A stretch of DNA of 30,766 bases from an uncultured Verrucomicrobiales bacterium (GCA_938091905.1 CALKOM010000171.1:1-30766), one strand, 5' to 3'. Shown: positions 1 to 9,919, counted from the first letter of the stretch. Numbers and translations: made by a program. Notes: generated by a model from the sequence alone, not told the origin.

Positions 1-57
1 GCAAGGAATTGATAGGTTTCACTGATGTTGAGGTCTCGATTGGCGTGTGGTTAGTTT

Positions 58-729
58 GTGTCTGAACCAGAGATCTATGGGAGTACGTTTCTAGGCCAGC
101 GACTGGAAATCTGGCTGCCGCCCTCCGAAAGCGTTCGTACGCTTGTCTTTGCCGGTATTCACGGTGAGGAACCGGAAACTTCGGTTGTGCTTTCGAGGTC
201 ATTGCGGGCTCTGGCTGAACCGCTCGAGCGTTGTGCTGTCGTGGTGGCAGCGAATCCAGATGGGCTCATTCGAGGGACGCGTGGCAATGCTCGGGGCGTG
301 GATCTCAATCGGAATTTCCCAACGCGCGATTGGCAACCTGACCCTGTGACGCATCGATGGGTAGTCGAAGAGCCCAGCGAGGTCGTGTTGAGTACTGGTG
401 AGGCTCCGGGTTCTGAGCCGGAGTCGCAGGCTCTGGTGGCTTTGGTAGAAAAGCTAGAGCCTTCCCGCGTCATCGCGATGCATGCGCCGCTGGCCTGTAT
501 TGATGACCCGGAAGCGAGTCCTGAAGCGCACTGGTTAAGTGAACAGGCGCAGTTGCCCGTGGTATCAGGGGTCGGATATCTGACGCCGGGCAGCTTTGGT
601 TCGTGGTGTGCGGAACGTCAGCTTCCTGTGATCACCTATGAGTTTCCCCGCAAGAGCGTGGAGCAGTTGGTGCTGGATCACCTTCCTGCGCTGACTCAAG
701 TTCTTTCTGGAAGCTGGCCTTTTGACTGA
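58..729 (+). CDS. mpaA: Murein peptide amidase A-like zinc carboxypeptidase (M14 family)
   Basis: HGEE zinc motif, NPDG, RGNARGVDLNRNFP, SEPE and C-terminal PGSFGSW...ITYEFP are all MpaA hallmarks. GTG start. Confidence 0.85.
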   Translation: MSEPEIYGSTFLGQRLEIWLPPSESVRTLVFAGIHGEEPETSVVLSRSLRALAEPLERCAVVVAANPDGLIRGTRGNARGVDLNRNFPTRDWQPDPVTHRWVVEEPSEVVLSTGEAPGSEPESQALVALVEKLEPSRVIAMHAPLACIDDPEASPEAHWLSEQAQLPVVSGVGYLTPGSFGSWCAERQLPVITYEFPRKSVEQLVLDHLPALTQVLSGSWPFD

Positions 730-785
730 TTTGGCGAACTTCGGATCAGGATTGAACGTCTCGTAGATCTGTTGTTCAGTAAGGA

Positions 786-3700
786 GTGAAGTTTTTCTAT
801 TTCTATCTGGGGCTGCTGTGTTTGGGGCTCGTTCGAATTGCTGTGGCTGCCGAAGGTGAGGGCCCCGGCGAGTCTGTCATCGTTATCAATGAACTCTTTG
901 CGACCTCGGAGGCTGAGTATGTGGACGACGATGGCGAAGCCGCTGATTGGGTGGAGATTACCAATTTGGGGGCAGAGGCCGTGTCCTTGGCGGGGTGGCA
1001 TTTCACAGACGATGCGGAAGTCCAAGCGAAGTGGACATTTCCCGAGACGACGTTGGCCGCTGGCGAGTTCCTCGTGGTCTATGCGACAGGGAAGGATCGG
1101 GTGGATCCCAGCATGCCGCTGCACACGAACTTTAAGCTCAGCGATGGCGGAGAGACGCTATCACTCGCCATGCCAGACGGAAAGGCGGGGCACTTACTGG
1201 AATATCCGAAACAACGTGAAGGCATGTCGTACGGATTGTCTGATGCTGGAGACTATCGCTTCTTTCCTGCGCCCACCTTGGGTGCGGTCAACGGCGATGA
1301 TGGTGTCTGCTATGTGGCGGACACGAAGTTCAGTGTAGACCGGGGTTTTTACAATGAGCCGATCGAAGTTGAGATTACTTGTGCCACACCGGACGCCGTT
1401 ATTCGCTATACGACCGATGGGAATGAGCCCTCGGCGGGGACGTTGTTCGGTGGTGCCACGGGAACCATCTATGACGGGCCAATCACGATTGATAAAACGA
1501 CGGTGTTACGTGCTTTTGCGTCTAAGAAGGCTTTCAAGTCTTCTAATATTGATACGCAAACCTACCTCTTCTTGGATGATGTTATCCGACAATCCCCTAA
1601 CAAAGAAGTACCCCCAGGATGGCCGGAAGGGAATGTCGCCGGTCAACGGTTCGACTTTGGCATGGATCCGGAAGTGATCGATGATCCTGAGTATGCGGAT
1701 CAGATGGTGGCGTCTATGGAGGCAATTCCATCAATGTCGTTGGTCTTGGATCATGATGATCTGACGGACTCGAGGGACGGGATCTACACGCATGCGCGTG
1801 AGGACGGTCGCGCATGGGAGCGCCCCGGCTCGCTGGAACTCCTCAATCCAGATGGCTCATCGGGCTTTCACATCAACGCGGGGGTTCGGATTCGAGGCGG
1901 GTTTAGTCGAGATAGTGGAAATGCCAAGCATTCCTTCCGCCTCTTCTTCCGAAGTGAATACGGCGATAGTCGGCTTAACTTTCCGCTTTTCGGGGATGAG
2001 GGCATTCAATCCTTTAAGAAGTTCGACTTCCGGACGGCTCAGAACTATGCGTGGAGTTTAGCTTCCTCTAACGACGGAAAACGAAATACGTTTCTGCGCG
2101 AGATCTTTGCTAGAGATTCTCAGCGGGCGATGGGGCAACCCTACACGCGAAGCCGCTACTATCATTTATATTTGAATGGCATCTATTGGGGGCTCTTCAT
2201 GAGTCAGGAACGATCAACGGATGACTATGCTGCAAGCTACTTTGGCGGCGAGCCAGAGGACTATGACGTCATCAAGGTGGAAGCTGGTCCTTACACGATC
2301 TTTGCGACGGAAGGGACGATTGATGCCTTTGATGAATTGCACGGCCTGGTTGCAGGAGAGGTTTCCGACGCGGAGTTCTATGCGCTTCAAGGAATGACTC
2401 CAGACGGTGAAGAAGACGAGAGCCTAACGAAACACATCGATGTGACGAACTTGATCGACTACATGATGACGATCTTTTATGTGGGCAGCTTTGATGCGCC
2501 GCTGGCTGGTAATGATCGGGCGAATAACTTCTATGCGATTCGCAATCGTGAAGCGCGAGAGGGCTGGCGCTTCTTCTGCCATGACACGGAGCACTCGATG
2601 CTATCGACCCGCGAGAACCGGATGGGACCGTACCCGGCTGGGCGCAGCAAGCAGCACTTCAATCCCCAGTTTCTGCATCAGCAACTCATGCAAAGTGATG
2701 CCTATCGGCTGGCGTTTGCTGATCGCGTCCGGCGTGAGTTCTTTCATGATGGTGTCTTTACGGTAGAGGCGGCAAGGGAGCGTTGGAATGCCAGAAAGGC
2801 CGAGATCGACTTGGCGATTATCGCTGAAACTGCCCGTTGGGGGGATCAGCGTGGGCGGCTCTACACGAAAGTGGATTGGTTAGAAGAGAATCGCTGGGTC
2901 CTAGAAGACTTTATGTCGGGGAGGACCGGGACAGTCTTCAATCAGATGGATTTTGTTGGATTGACCGGTGATCTTCTTACGCCTGAGTTCTCTCCGCAGC
3001 ATGGCGGTGTGGTGGAGGATCCTGATACCTTTAAAATGAAGTTTAAAGTGGGGACGTTGTTCAATACACAGGATGGAGACATCTATTATACTTTGGATGG
3101 GACTGATCCCAAGGCCCCAGATGGAAGTGTGTCGCCTACAGCGATATCCTATCAACGCAATGGGAGCGGGGACGCTTTGGCGGGGACAGCACGCGTGCGG
3201 GTTCGGTTGACTCACGAAAGTCAATGGAGCCCTGTCAATGAAGCGACCTTTGTCGTCGGTGGGAGCGTGGCGAGTTCTGAGAATCTTGTGATTTCAGAGA
3301 TCATGTATCATCCGCAGGCTCCGGCTCCTGAGAGTGCGTTTCAGGTGGAGTCTGCTTACGAATTTGTGGAGCTGTGGAATCCTTCGGATGAGGTTGTTGA
3401 TTTGACCGGCTCTTCGTTTGTGAGAGGAATACGATTTGTCATGCCTGCGTCTCAGTTAGAACCGGGCCAGCGCGCGGTGATCGTGCATACTCAGGCCGCT
3501 TTTGAAGAGCGTTATGGCACTGAAGTGCCTGTGATAGGAGCTTATGGGAGTGAAAGCGGAGGAAAGCTGAGTAACAACGGAGATCGGCTGGAGCTGATTA
3601 ATATATACGGCGAGACGATTGCGGATTTTCGCTACAACGATGGCGGTGAATGGCCAATGGGAGCGGACGGAAGCGGCTATAGTTTGGTGCGGGACGAATC

Positions 3701-4160
3701 GGCTGGCGATCCAGCAATAGCAGATACCTGGCGCGTGAGTTCTGATCTCCTAGGAAGCCCCGGGCGAGAATCATCGCCACCCTCGGAATCGGGCTATACG
3801 CAATGGAAACAGGCCAACGGTCTGAGCGATGATCAAGCAGATCCCGATCAAGACGGCCTTGTTCATTTTATGGAGTATGCGGTTGGAGGCGACCCTCTGG
3901 AGCCTAACATCGATCAACCGATTGAGGTGAGCCGACTTGGCGCTGAGACGCTTTTGATCAGCGTGCTTCAAGCAGACGCGGCAATCGACGTGGAGATTGT
4001 CTTAGAGTCTAGCGATGACTTGGTCACGTGGAACGTTTTGGCCGAGCCAGTAGCCCTTGAGAGCGAAGCCGTTTCGGACTCAAAGACGCTTCTTCGCTGG
4101 GAGGTGTCCTCGGCGACGACGGAGGCCGTTGCTTACCGTGCCCGCTATGCGTTGAAGTAG
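786..4160 (+). CDS. Secreted multidomain protein: lamin-tail domain, Fn3-associated domain, CotH kinase-like domain, second Fn3-associated and lamin-tail domains
   Basis: Signal peptide; VVINE...DWVEITN...LTNFKLS-type (HTNFKLS) lamin-tail domain; FSVDRGFY...IRYTTDG; CotH-like RIRGG, HLYLNGIYWGLF..QER, NNFY, HDTE; second ISEIMYHP...EFVELWN; D-rich C-terminal DPDQDG motif. Confidence 0.8.
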   Translation: MKFFYFYLGLLCLGLVRIAVAAEGEGPGESVIVINELFATSEAEYVDDDGEAADWVEITNLGAEAVSLAGWHFTDDAEVQAKWTFPETTLAAGEFLVVYATGKDRVDPSMPLHTNFKLSDGGETLSLAMPDGKAGHLLEYPKQREGMSYGLSDAGDYRFFPAPTLGAVNGDDGVCYVADTKFSVDRGFYNEPIEVEITCATPDAVIRYTTDGNEPSAGTLFGGATGTIYDGPITIDKTTVLRAFASKKAFKSSNIDTQTYLFLDDVIRQSPNKEVPPGWPEGNVAGQRFDFGMDPEVIDDPEYADQMVASMEAIPSMSLVLDHDDLTDSRDGIYTHAREDGRAWERPGSLELLNPDGSSGFHINAGVRIRGGFSRDSGNAKHSFRLFFRSEYGDSRLNFPLFGDEGIQSFKKFDFRTAQNYAWSLASSNDGKRNTFLREIFARDSQRAMGQPYTRSRYYHLYLNGIYWGLFMSQERSTDDYAASYFGGEPEDYDVIKVEAGPYTIFATEGTIDAFDELHGLVAGEVSDAEFYALQGMTPDGEEDESLTKHIDVTNLIDYMMTIFYVGSFDAPLAGNDRANNFYAIRNREAREGWRFFCHDTEHSMLSTRENRMGPYPAGRSKQHFNPQFLHQQLMQSDAYRLAFADRVRREFFHDGVFTVEAARERWNARKAEIDLAIIAETARWGDQRGRLYTKVDWLEENRWVLEDFMSGRTGTVFNQMDFVGLTGDLLTPEFSPQHGGVVEDPDTFKMKFKVGTLFNTQDGDIYYTLDGTDPKAPDGSVSPTAISYQRNGSGDALAGTARVRVRLTHESQWSPVNEATFVVGGSVASSENLVISEIMYHPQAPAPESAFQVESAYEFVELWNPSDEVVDLTGSSFVRGIRFVMPASQLEPGQRAVIVHTQAAFEERYGTEVPVIGAYGSESGGKLSNNGDRLELINIYGETIADFRYNDGGEWPMGADGSGYSLVRDESAGDPAIADTWRVSSDLLGSPGRESSPPSESGYTQWKQANGLSDDQADPDQDGLVHFMEYAVGGDPLEPNIDQPIEVSRLGAETLLISVLQADAAIDVEIVLESSDDLVTWNVLAEPVALESEAVSDSKTLLRWEVSSATTEAVAYRARYALK

Positions 4161-4170
4161 TAAGAATCCG

Positions 4171-5505
4171 TTAGTTTTCGGCCTTGATTCGAAGTCGACG
4201 GTAGTCAACTTGACCGCGATCGCCTTCGAGGCCGAAGGGGCCTGACTCAGGAATCTGGAAATTATCTTCGATGATCTCGCCGTTGACGGTGCATGTAGCT
4301 CGGTTGCCGTTTGCTCGGACGATGAGTTCGTTCCATTTTAGTGGTCGGAAGGCTTTGAGTTCAGTGTAAGGTCCGGCCAGTAGAAAGTCGCGGCACTGCA
4401 ACTGCTTTCCTTTGAGAAAAACACCGCTGTCCGCGTTTGGTGTAGCACGGAATTCCAGCTTAAGAGTGAAATTTCCCGAGTAGTCCTTGGTCGTCCAGAG
4501 CTGCTGGATCTTGCGTCCTTCAGGAGGGGTAGTGACGATCAGGCGACCGTTCTTGGCCATGTATCGGCCATCCGGTGTCGTTGTCTTGCCATCAAAGATC
4601 GCCTTCTGCTCAACGATAGGCCAGGGTGGAGCGTTAGGGTCAGTCTTCTTCCAATTTGCTGCCTGGGTCTTCATCTTCTTCGTGGTCGGTAGGTAGGACC
4701 AGCCGGTAAGATCCCTACCATTGAAGAGGCTGGTGAAATCTGGCTCCAGGGCAAAGGTGTCGGGCTCCGTATCAGTGAAATCTAACGTTGCGAGAATGGG
4801 GTGCAGAGCGGCGGCCCACTTGGCGTAGCCTTTCTCGTTTGGATGGAGAAGGTCAGGGAATTCGCCCTTCTTTGCATCTCCGGTGTCGTTGGCAAAGAGT
4901 GTCCACGTATCGATGACGGTGACCTGAGGGTCGCCTTGCACTATTTGCTGATAGAGTTTGTTTACTTGGATGATCTTCTCAGCGGGTCGTGCCTTCGAAG
5001 CCGAAGAGGGGAAGACTTGGCAAAGCACAATGGGCATCTTCGCATTGTGTTTCTTTAGACCTGCGATGAGGAGCTTCATGTTGCTTGCGATCACCGGTGG
5101 CTCGGCATTTTCTTCGAGATCATTGGTGCCTATCAGGAGCACGACGCCCTTGGGATTGAGCGAGAGGACGTCTCCTTGGAGGCGAACGAGTAGGCCGCGG
5201 GTCGTGTCACCACTGATGCCGCGGTTGGCGCACTTTACTCCAGGAAAGGCTTTGCCGATATCGCCCCAGCCTTGCGTGATAGAGTCGCCGTAGAAGACGA
5301 GAGCATCTTGGTCGGCTTGGACTTGGTTCGCCCAGCCTTGGCGCTTTTCTAACCAAAGATTCTGGAACCATTCATAACGACGCAATGGACCAGTCCCGGG
5401 CAGGCCGTCGTCAGTTGCAGGGATTCGAAGATCAGATTGACCTTGGCCAAGCGTGGTGGCGAGTGTTAGGCCCAGGGTGAGAAAGTGGGATAGTTTCCGA
5501 AGCAT
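4171..5505 (-). CDS. Secreted SGNH/GDSL hydrolase fused to a DUF1080 (3-keto-disaccharide hydrolase-like) domain
   Basis: GDSIT, NRGISG, GTND and DLLHP are the SGNH blocks. FTSLFNGRDLTGW...ADSGVF...WN...GPFGLEGD is typical of DUF1080. Confidence 0.85.
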   Translation of the reverse strand: MLRKLSHFLTLGLTLATTLGQGQSDLRIPATDDGLPGTGPLRRYEWFQNLWLEKRQGWANQVQADQDALVFYGDSITQGWGDIGKAFPGVKCANRGISGDTTRGLLVRLQGDVLSLNPKGVVLLIGTNDLEENAEPPVIASNMKLLIAGLKKHNAKMPIVLCQVFPSSASKARPAEKIIQVNKLYQQIVQGDPQVTVIDTWTLFANDTGDAKKGEFPDLLHPNEKGYAKWAAALHPILATLDFTDTEPDTFALEPDFTSLFNGRDLTGWSYLPTTKKMKTQAANWKKTDPNAPPWPIVEQKAIFDGKTTTPDGRYMAKNGRLIVTTPPEGRKIQQLWTTKDYSGNFTLKLEFRATPNADSGVFLKGKQLQCRDFLLAGPYTELKAFRPLKWNELIVRANGNRATCTVNGEIIEDNFQIPESGPFGLEGDRGQVDYRRLRIKAEN

Positions 5506-5565
5506 GCTTCCGCTTTAGCGGAGGCGTGGTGAGAAACCAAGTCCTTGTTTGGATTCGGACGGGTC

Positions 5566-6501
5566 CTAGGGAAAGAAGTGCTGGTAATGCGTTTGACGAT
5601 CACCACGGATGACCTGACTGGCAACAGATTGATTTGCCGCCACGCTGCCTCCGGGCCAGATAATGGCGTCCCTGAGGACCGCATTCTCTCTCACCTGGGA
5701 ATCAGGCCCAACGATTGAGTCGGTGATCTTGGCGCTGGGCGAGATGGTTGCGCTGGGGCAGTGAGCTTGCCACGTCGTTTCAAGAGCGTAGCTGGGAAAG
5801 CCCGAATTTGGAATGTCCCGGTGCACTTGGCGATAGGTGGCTTCATCTCCGAGATCCCACCAGCAACCTCGATCTTCGATGCAGCCACCAAGGGCGTCAC
5901 CTTGGCGAATCATGTCGAGGAAGATGGGGATGACAGACTCTTTCTTGCCGGGGGTGAGGCGAGCCAAGAAACCGGGCTCAACCAAGTAGATTCCGGTAAA
6001 CTGATAGTATTGGTCGGCGCTCGGGTCGACCAATTGACGGATATCGGCAAGACGTTTGGTTGTGTTGTCCAGTCCGATGTGTAATCCAGGTCCCTCTGTG
6101 CGGAGGAGTAAGGTTACCTCGTTCCTTGATTCTCGGTGCTGTGTTAGCAATGGCTCTAGAGGAATGTCCGAAAGAATGTCGCCGTTGTAGACGAGAAAAG
6201 GATCGCTACCTAACAAATCGGCCACATTGGCGATGCCTCCAGCAGTCTCGAGTAGGACAGGCTCATGTCGGAACTCGATGGGTAGTCCGGCAAAACTGTT
6301 TCCAGGAAACGCGGCGGTGTAGGCTTCTGGGTAATGGTGGGTGTTGACGACAAAGCCATCGATTGTTTTCACGGACGTCAGATGATCAAAGGCATAACTG
6401 ATGAGTGGTCGATGGTAGACGGGAACCATTGGCTTCGGGAGCCACTCTGTGAGGGGCTGCAAGCGTGTGCCGAGGCCAGCGCCGAGAACGAAAGCTTTCA
6501 T
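5566..6501 (-). CDS. Sugar-phosphate nucleotidyltransferase (GDP-mannose pyrophosphorylase/MurU-like)
   Basis: MKAFVLGAGLGTRLQPLT..LPKP, LETAGG, NGD and WWDLG, followed by a short left-handed beta-helix-like tail. Start moved to the ATG at 6501 because the ORF-track extension lies in a REP-like repeat. Confidence 0.85.
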   Translation of the reverse strand: MKAFVLGAGLGTRLQPLTEWLPKPMVPVYHRPLISYAFDHLTSVKTIDGFVVNTHHYPEAYTAAFPGNSFAGLPIEFRHEPVLLETAGGIANVADLLGSDPFLVYNGDILSDIPLEPLLTQHRESRNEVTLLLRTEGPGLHIGLDNTTKRLADIRQLVDPSADQYYQFTGIYLVEPGFLARLTPGKKESVIPIFLDMIRQGDALGGCIEDRGCWWDLGDEATYRQVHRDIPNSGFPSYALETTWQAHCPSATISPSAKITDSIVGPDSQVRENAVLRDAIIWPGGSVAANQSVASQVIRGDRQTHYQHFFP

Positions 6502-6512
6502 GTGGAAGGGTG

Positions 6513-6560
6513 GAAGAGCGGGCATCCTGCCCGGGGGCACCGTCAGGATGCCGACGCTAC
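6513..6560. repeat. REP-like intergenic palindrome (GTAG-type)
   Basis: The minus strand reads GTAGCGTCGGCATCCTG...CAGGATGCCCGCTCTTC. GGCATCCTG (6521-6529) and CAGGATGCC (6544-6552) form an inverted repeat with a GTAG end. Confidence 0.6.
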
Positions 6561-6581
6561 ATGACTGAGAGGACGTGAGAC

Positions 6582-7505
6582 TTAGAACAGTTCAGCTTGT
6601 TTGTAACTGCCTAGGCTTACGGTGGTGTAGGCGAGCGCGGTTTCTTGCACGCGCTCTTCGATGATCTGTTCTGCTGCTGTTGCCACGACAGGCTCTTTCT
6701 CTTCTCTGGACGACCATCCCCTGACCGCTGGCAAGCACTCGGTGGGATCCCTTTGCGAAGCACACTCGACATGTACCTTGGAATGCCCTTTCGAGCTCAT
6801 TGCTGCCTTCATCGCATCAATGGCAAGCTGTGGCTCGTTGCAGTCTTGGCTAAGATGTCCCAGGATGACATGGTCTAACGTATCATCAACGATATCGGCC
6901 AAAAGCGCTGCGGTTTGCTCGTTGGAAAGATGGCCGTGCCGTGACGAGATGCGCTGTTTGATGGACCAGGGACGCTTCGTATCATTCTGTAAGAGCATGT
7001 CATCGTAGTTGGCCTCGATGAAGACGGTGTTCATGCTGCGCATGTGATCTCGCATGATATTAGTTACATAACCGACATCGCTGAGCACGCCGATAGCACT
7101 TTCTTTGTCGCGTAGCGTGAAGCCCATGGGTTCGGTGGCATCGTGGGCCACAGGGAAGGTCTTCACTTCAATGTCACCAATCATGAAGCGTCCACCACAG
7201 GCGACGATACGCCAAGTCTTAGGCTGTTTCATCGGCCCCGTGACCATGATCTCTCGCGTGGCCGCGTTGCTATAGAGCGGCACCTGCACTTTTCGGCAGA
7301 AGACATCCAAGCCGCCGATGTGATCGCTGTGCTCATGAGTGATGAGCACACCGTCTAGCGATTGGGGATCTACACCGACTTTCTCTAGGCGAAGATTCAG
7401 CTGTTTGGCACTGAGCCCGGCATCAATGAGCAGGCGGGTGCTGTCGGTGAAGACTACTGCACTATTTCCACCGCTGCCACTGCCGAGGACGCTGATTCGC
7501 AACAT
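6582..7505 (-). CDS. MBL-fold metallo-hydrolase, YycJ/WalJ-like
   Basis: LGSGSGGN, LIDAG, THEHSDH, HDA, SDVG, EANYD, GHLSN and LGHLSQDCN. Confidence 0.85.
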   Translation of the reverse strand: MLRISVLGSGSGGNSAVVFTDSTRLLIDAGLSAKQLNLRLEKVGVDPQSLDGVLITHEHSDHIGGLDVFCRKVQVPLYSNAATREIMVTGPMKQPKTWRIVACGGRFMIGDIEVKTFPVAHDATEPMGFTLRDKESAIGVLSDVGYVTNIMRDHMRSMNTVFIEANYDDMLLQNDTKRPWSIKQRISSRHGHLSNEQTAALLADIVDDTLDHVILGHLSQDCNEPQLAIDAMKAAMSSKGHSKVHVECASQRDPTECLPAVRGWSSREEKEPVVATAAEQIIEERVQETALAYTTVSLGSYKQAELF

Positions 7506-7600
7506 GACTCATGCTTAAGACAACGTCGCGATGGTGTCCAACTCCAAGCGTTTGGAGTAAGGGTGATGACCTTTTAAAACTTTACAAAGTTTTTAGGCGG

Positions 7601-8260
7601 CTATTGCCAGAACGGTAACATCTGGTCCAGGCGCGTAATCTCTAACATGTCCACGCCAGTAACGTTCTTGAAGATGTAGAGCCCGACTAATACTAGAATG
7701 CCGAGAATGAACATGATACCGGCGACCACCGCGGTGGCCATGGCGGCAATACATAGATCCCAAGCACTCTCTGCCATGGAATGCAGACGACGGCTCATGA
7801 AAGGAACTGAATGATTTTTCGTGTGGAGTTCCTGGTTCTCCTTCTCGATTTCCTCAGACTCCTGCAGGCGGGTGTGCTCTTCGAGACCGAGTTCCACAGC
7901 GCCACGAATCTCATTCATCGAGGAGGGCTTTACGAGAAACTTTAGCACATCACCTTCATTGATCGCTTTGAGAAAGACGTCTGTATCGTCATGGCCTGTA
8001 AGTAGAATTCGCTGAGTCTTAGGACAGACAGCGCGCATGCGGCTGAGGAAATCTAGCCCCTTCTCGCCTGGCATGTCATGGTCACAGAGGATGACCTGAA
8101 CATCTTGATCTTGAAGAATGTTCTCAGCCTCCGCAGTCGACTCGGCAGTGTAGACTTCGTACTCACGCGTCAGCAAAGTGCTCAGGTAAGAAAGGAGGGG
8201 CCGCTCGTCTTCAACGACGAGGACACGACTCGCAGGAGTTACAGAAACCGTGGAAGGCAT
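7601..8260 (-). CDS. Response regulator receiver protein with a C-terminal transmembrane segment
   Basis: VLVVEDE, ILCDHDMP (phosphoacceptor Asp), LLTG and KP, then a coiled-coil-like linker and a hydrophobic stretch (AVVAGIMFILGILVLVGLYIF). Confidence 0.8.
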   Translation of the reverse strand: MPSTVSVTPASRVLVVEDERPLLSYLSTLLTREYEVYTAESTAEAENILQDQDVQVILCDHDMPGEKGLDFLSRMRAVCPKTQRILLTGHDDTDVFLKAINEGDVLKFLVKPSSMNEIRGAVELGLEEHTRLQESEEIEKENQELHTKNHSVPFMSRRLHSMAESAWDLCIAAMATAVVAGIMFILGILVLVGLYIFKNVTGVDMLEITRLDQMLPFWQ

Positions 8261-8348
8261 TCTTTATTCTTATAATTTTATCAGATATGGCAAATTATTA
8301 ATAGGCGGAATTTATAAATTCTTTCTCCAAAAGGCCAATGCGAGGCCT

Positions 8349-9440
8349 CTAAGGACCGATCTCTGTAAAAACTCCGCCACCGAGGAGAAATTTTCCCCGA
8401 TAAAAGGCGCAGATTTGCCCAGGAGTGAGGGCCCGTTGGGGATCTTGGAAGCGCATTTCAGCTCTACCGGCTCTAAAATCGAAGCTCTCTAAGGCGAAAG
8501 GCTCAGCTGGTGTCCGGTAACGCGGCTGGGCAAGCAGGTCGCTGTCTCCCTCGGCAAACGGCTTGTTTATGAACGTGATGTCAGTGACAACGCAACGCGT
8601 GGCATAGAGATGAGGCGTCTCGTGCTCATCAAAGCCGACGACCAATTCGTTCTTATCTTCGTTCTTGGCCACGACGACAAACGCTTTCTTGAAGATAGGC
8701 GATGCGACACCAATGCCACGCCGCTGACCCAGCGTGTATAAATGGAGTCCATCGTGCCGTCCCAAGACTGTGCCATCAGTATCCACGATGTTCCCTGGTT
8801 TCTTGGGAACGAATGCATCCAGGAAGTCGGCCATCTTTACTTCTCCTATGAAACAGATCCCTTGGCTGTCTTTCTTGCGGGCATTAGGTAGCGCAAATTT
8901 CTCCGCGATCTCACGGACCTCTGGTTTAGGCAAGTGGCCGATGGGAAACAGGGCTCCCGCCGCTTGTTCCTGACGCATGAGAGCAAGGAAATACGTCTGG
9001 TCTTTGTTTCCGTCATGCCCGCGTAGAATGTTAGAGGTGCCGTCACTCGCCGTTTCGAGTTGTGCGTAGTGACCCGTGGCGACTTTCTCAAAGCCTTCCT
9101 CAATAGCGTAGTCACGGAATACTCCGAATTTCATTTCCCGATTGCACATGACGTCGGGATTGGGCGTGATGCCACGTTGGTAGCCATCTAACAAATAGTC
9201 AACGATGCGGGTGCGGTAGTCGCGCATGAGATTGACGATGCGAAACTCGATCCCGAGTTTGTCAGCGACAGCACGCGCGTCTGTGATGTCCTGTTCCCAA
9301 GGACAATTTCCGACGATGTTTTCTTCGTTGATCCAGTTCTTCATGTAGGCACCAACGACCTCATGACCCTGCTGAACTAACAAAGCGGCGGCGGCGCTGC
9401 TGTCGACCCCGCCGGAAAGTGCTGCCAGGACCTTAGCCAT
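8349..9440 (-). CDS. mnmA: tRNA-specific 2-thiouridylase MnmA
   Basis: SGGVDSS PP-loop, TPNPDVMCN, ATGHY, KDQTYFL, KKDSQGICFIG and ALTPGQ. Confidence 0.96.
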   Translation of the reverse strand: MAKVLAALSGGVDSSAAAALLVQQGHEVVGAYMKNWINEENIVGNCPWEQDITDARAVADKLGIEFRIVNLMRDYRTRIVDYLLDGYQRGITPNPDVMCNREMKFGVFRDYAIEEGFEKVATGHYAQLETASDGTSNILRGHDGNKDQTYFLALMRQEQAAGALFPIGHLPKPEVREIAEKFALPNARKKDSQGICFIGEVKMADFLDAFVPKKPGNIVDTDGTVLGRHDGLHLYTLGQRRGIGVASPIFKKAFVVVAKNEDKNELVVGFDEHETPHLYATRCVVTDITFINKPFAEGDSDLLAQPRYRTPAEPFALESFDFRAGRAEMRFQDPQRALTPGQICAFYRGKFLLGGGVFTEIGP

Positions 9441-9810
9441 TGAAGTGATTCACCTGGCAGAACTCGATCACATGTGCGTCTGGATCCGTCACGTAGAATT
9501 GAAAGGCGCCGTCTGGCCGTGTCTGGCGACTGTAAGGCTTGGCGCCCCGGCTTTCTAAAGTGGACCAAGCATCATCGATCGAGTCGACCTGCAAGGCGAA
9601 GTGGGTTCCGGTCTTGTTTGCCACGACTTCAAGCTCACGACCTCCGATCAAGTGGAGTTCCTGGACCTTACCGATAAGAAACCAGGCTCCCGGGAACTTG
9701 AAGCCTGGACGCTCCATGTCTGGTAGTCCGACGACTTCACGGTAAAACCGCTTACTCGTCTCGACGTCTTTGACGTGAATGGCCACATGGTTGAGATCCA
9801 AGATTTCCAT
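9433..9810 (-). CDS. VOC/glyoxalase family protein
   Basis: LNHVAIHVKD, FYREVVG, LHLI, HFALQV and DPDAHVIE. Its end overlaps the mnmA start, suggesting translational coupling. Confidence 0.85.
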   Translation of the reverse strand: MEILDLNHVAIHVKDVETSKRFYREVVGLPDMERPGFKFPGAWFLIGKVQELHLIGGRELEVVANKTGTHFALQVDSIDDAWSTLESRGAKPYSRQTRPDGAFQFYVTDPDAHVIEFCQVNHFNG

Positions 9811-9919
9811 AGGCGCAGTCTAGAACTGGCATCAGTGGCGTCAACTGAGGCCTCTTTTTAAACGGCGGCGACGTCTTTGTGGAATAATGGACCCGTGACG
9901 GCATCTATAGCTGGAGACT

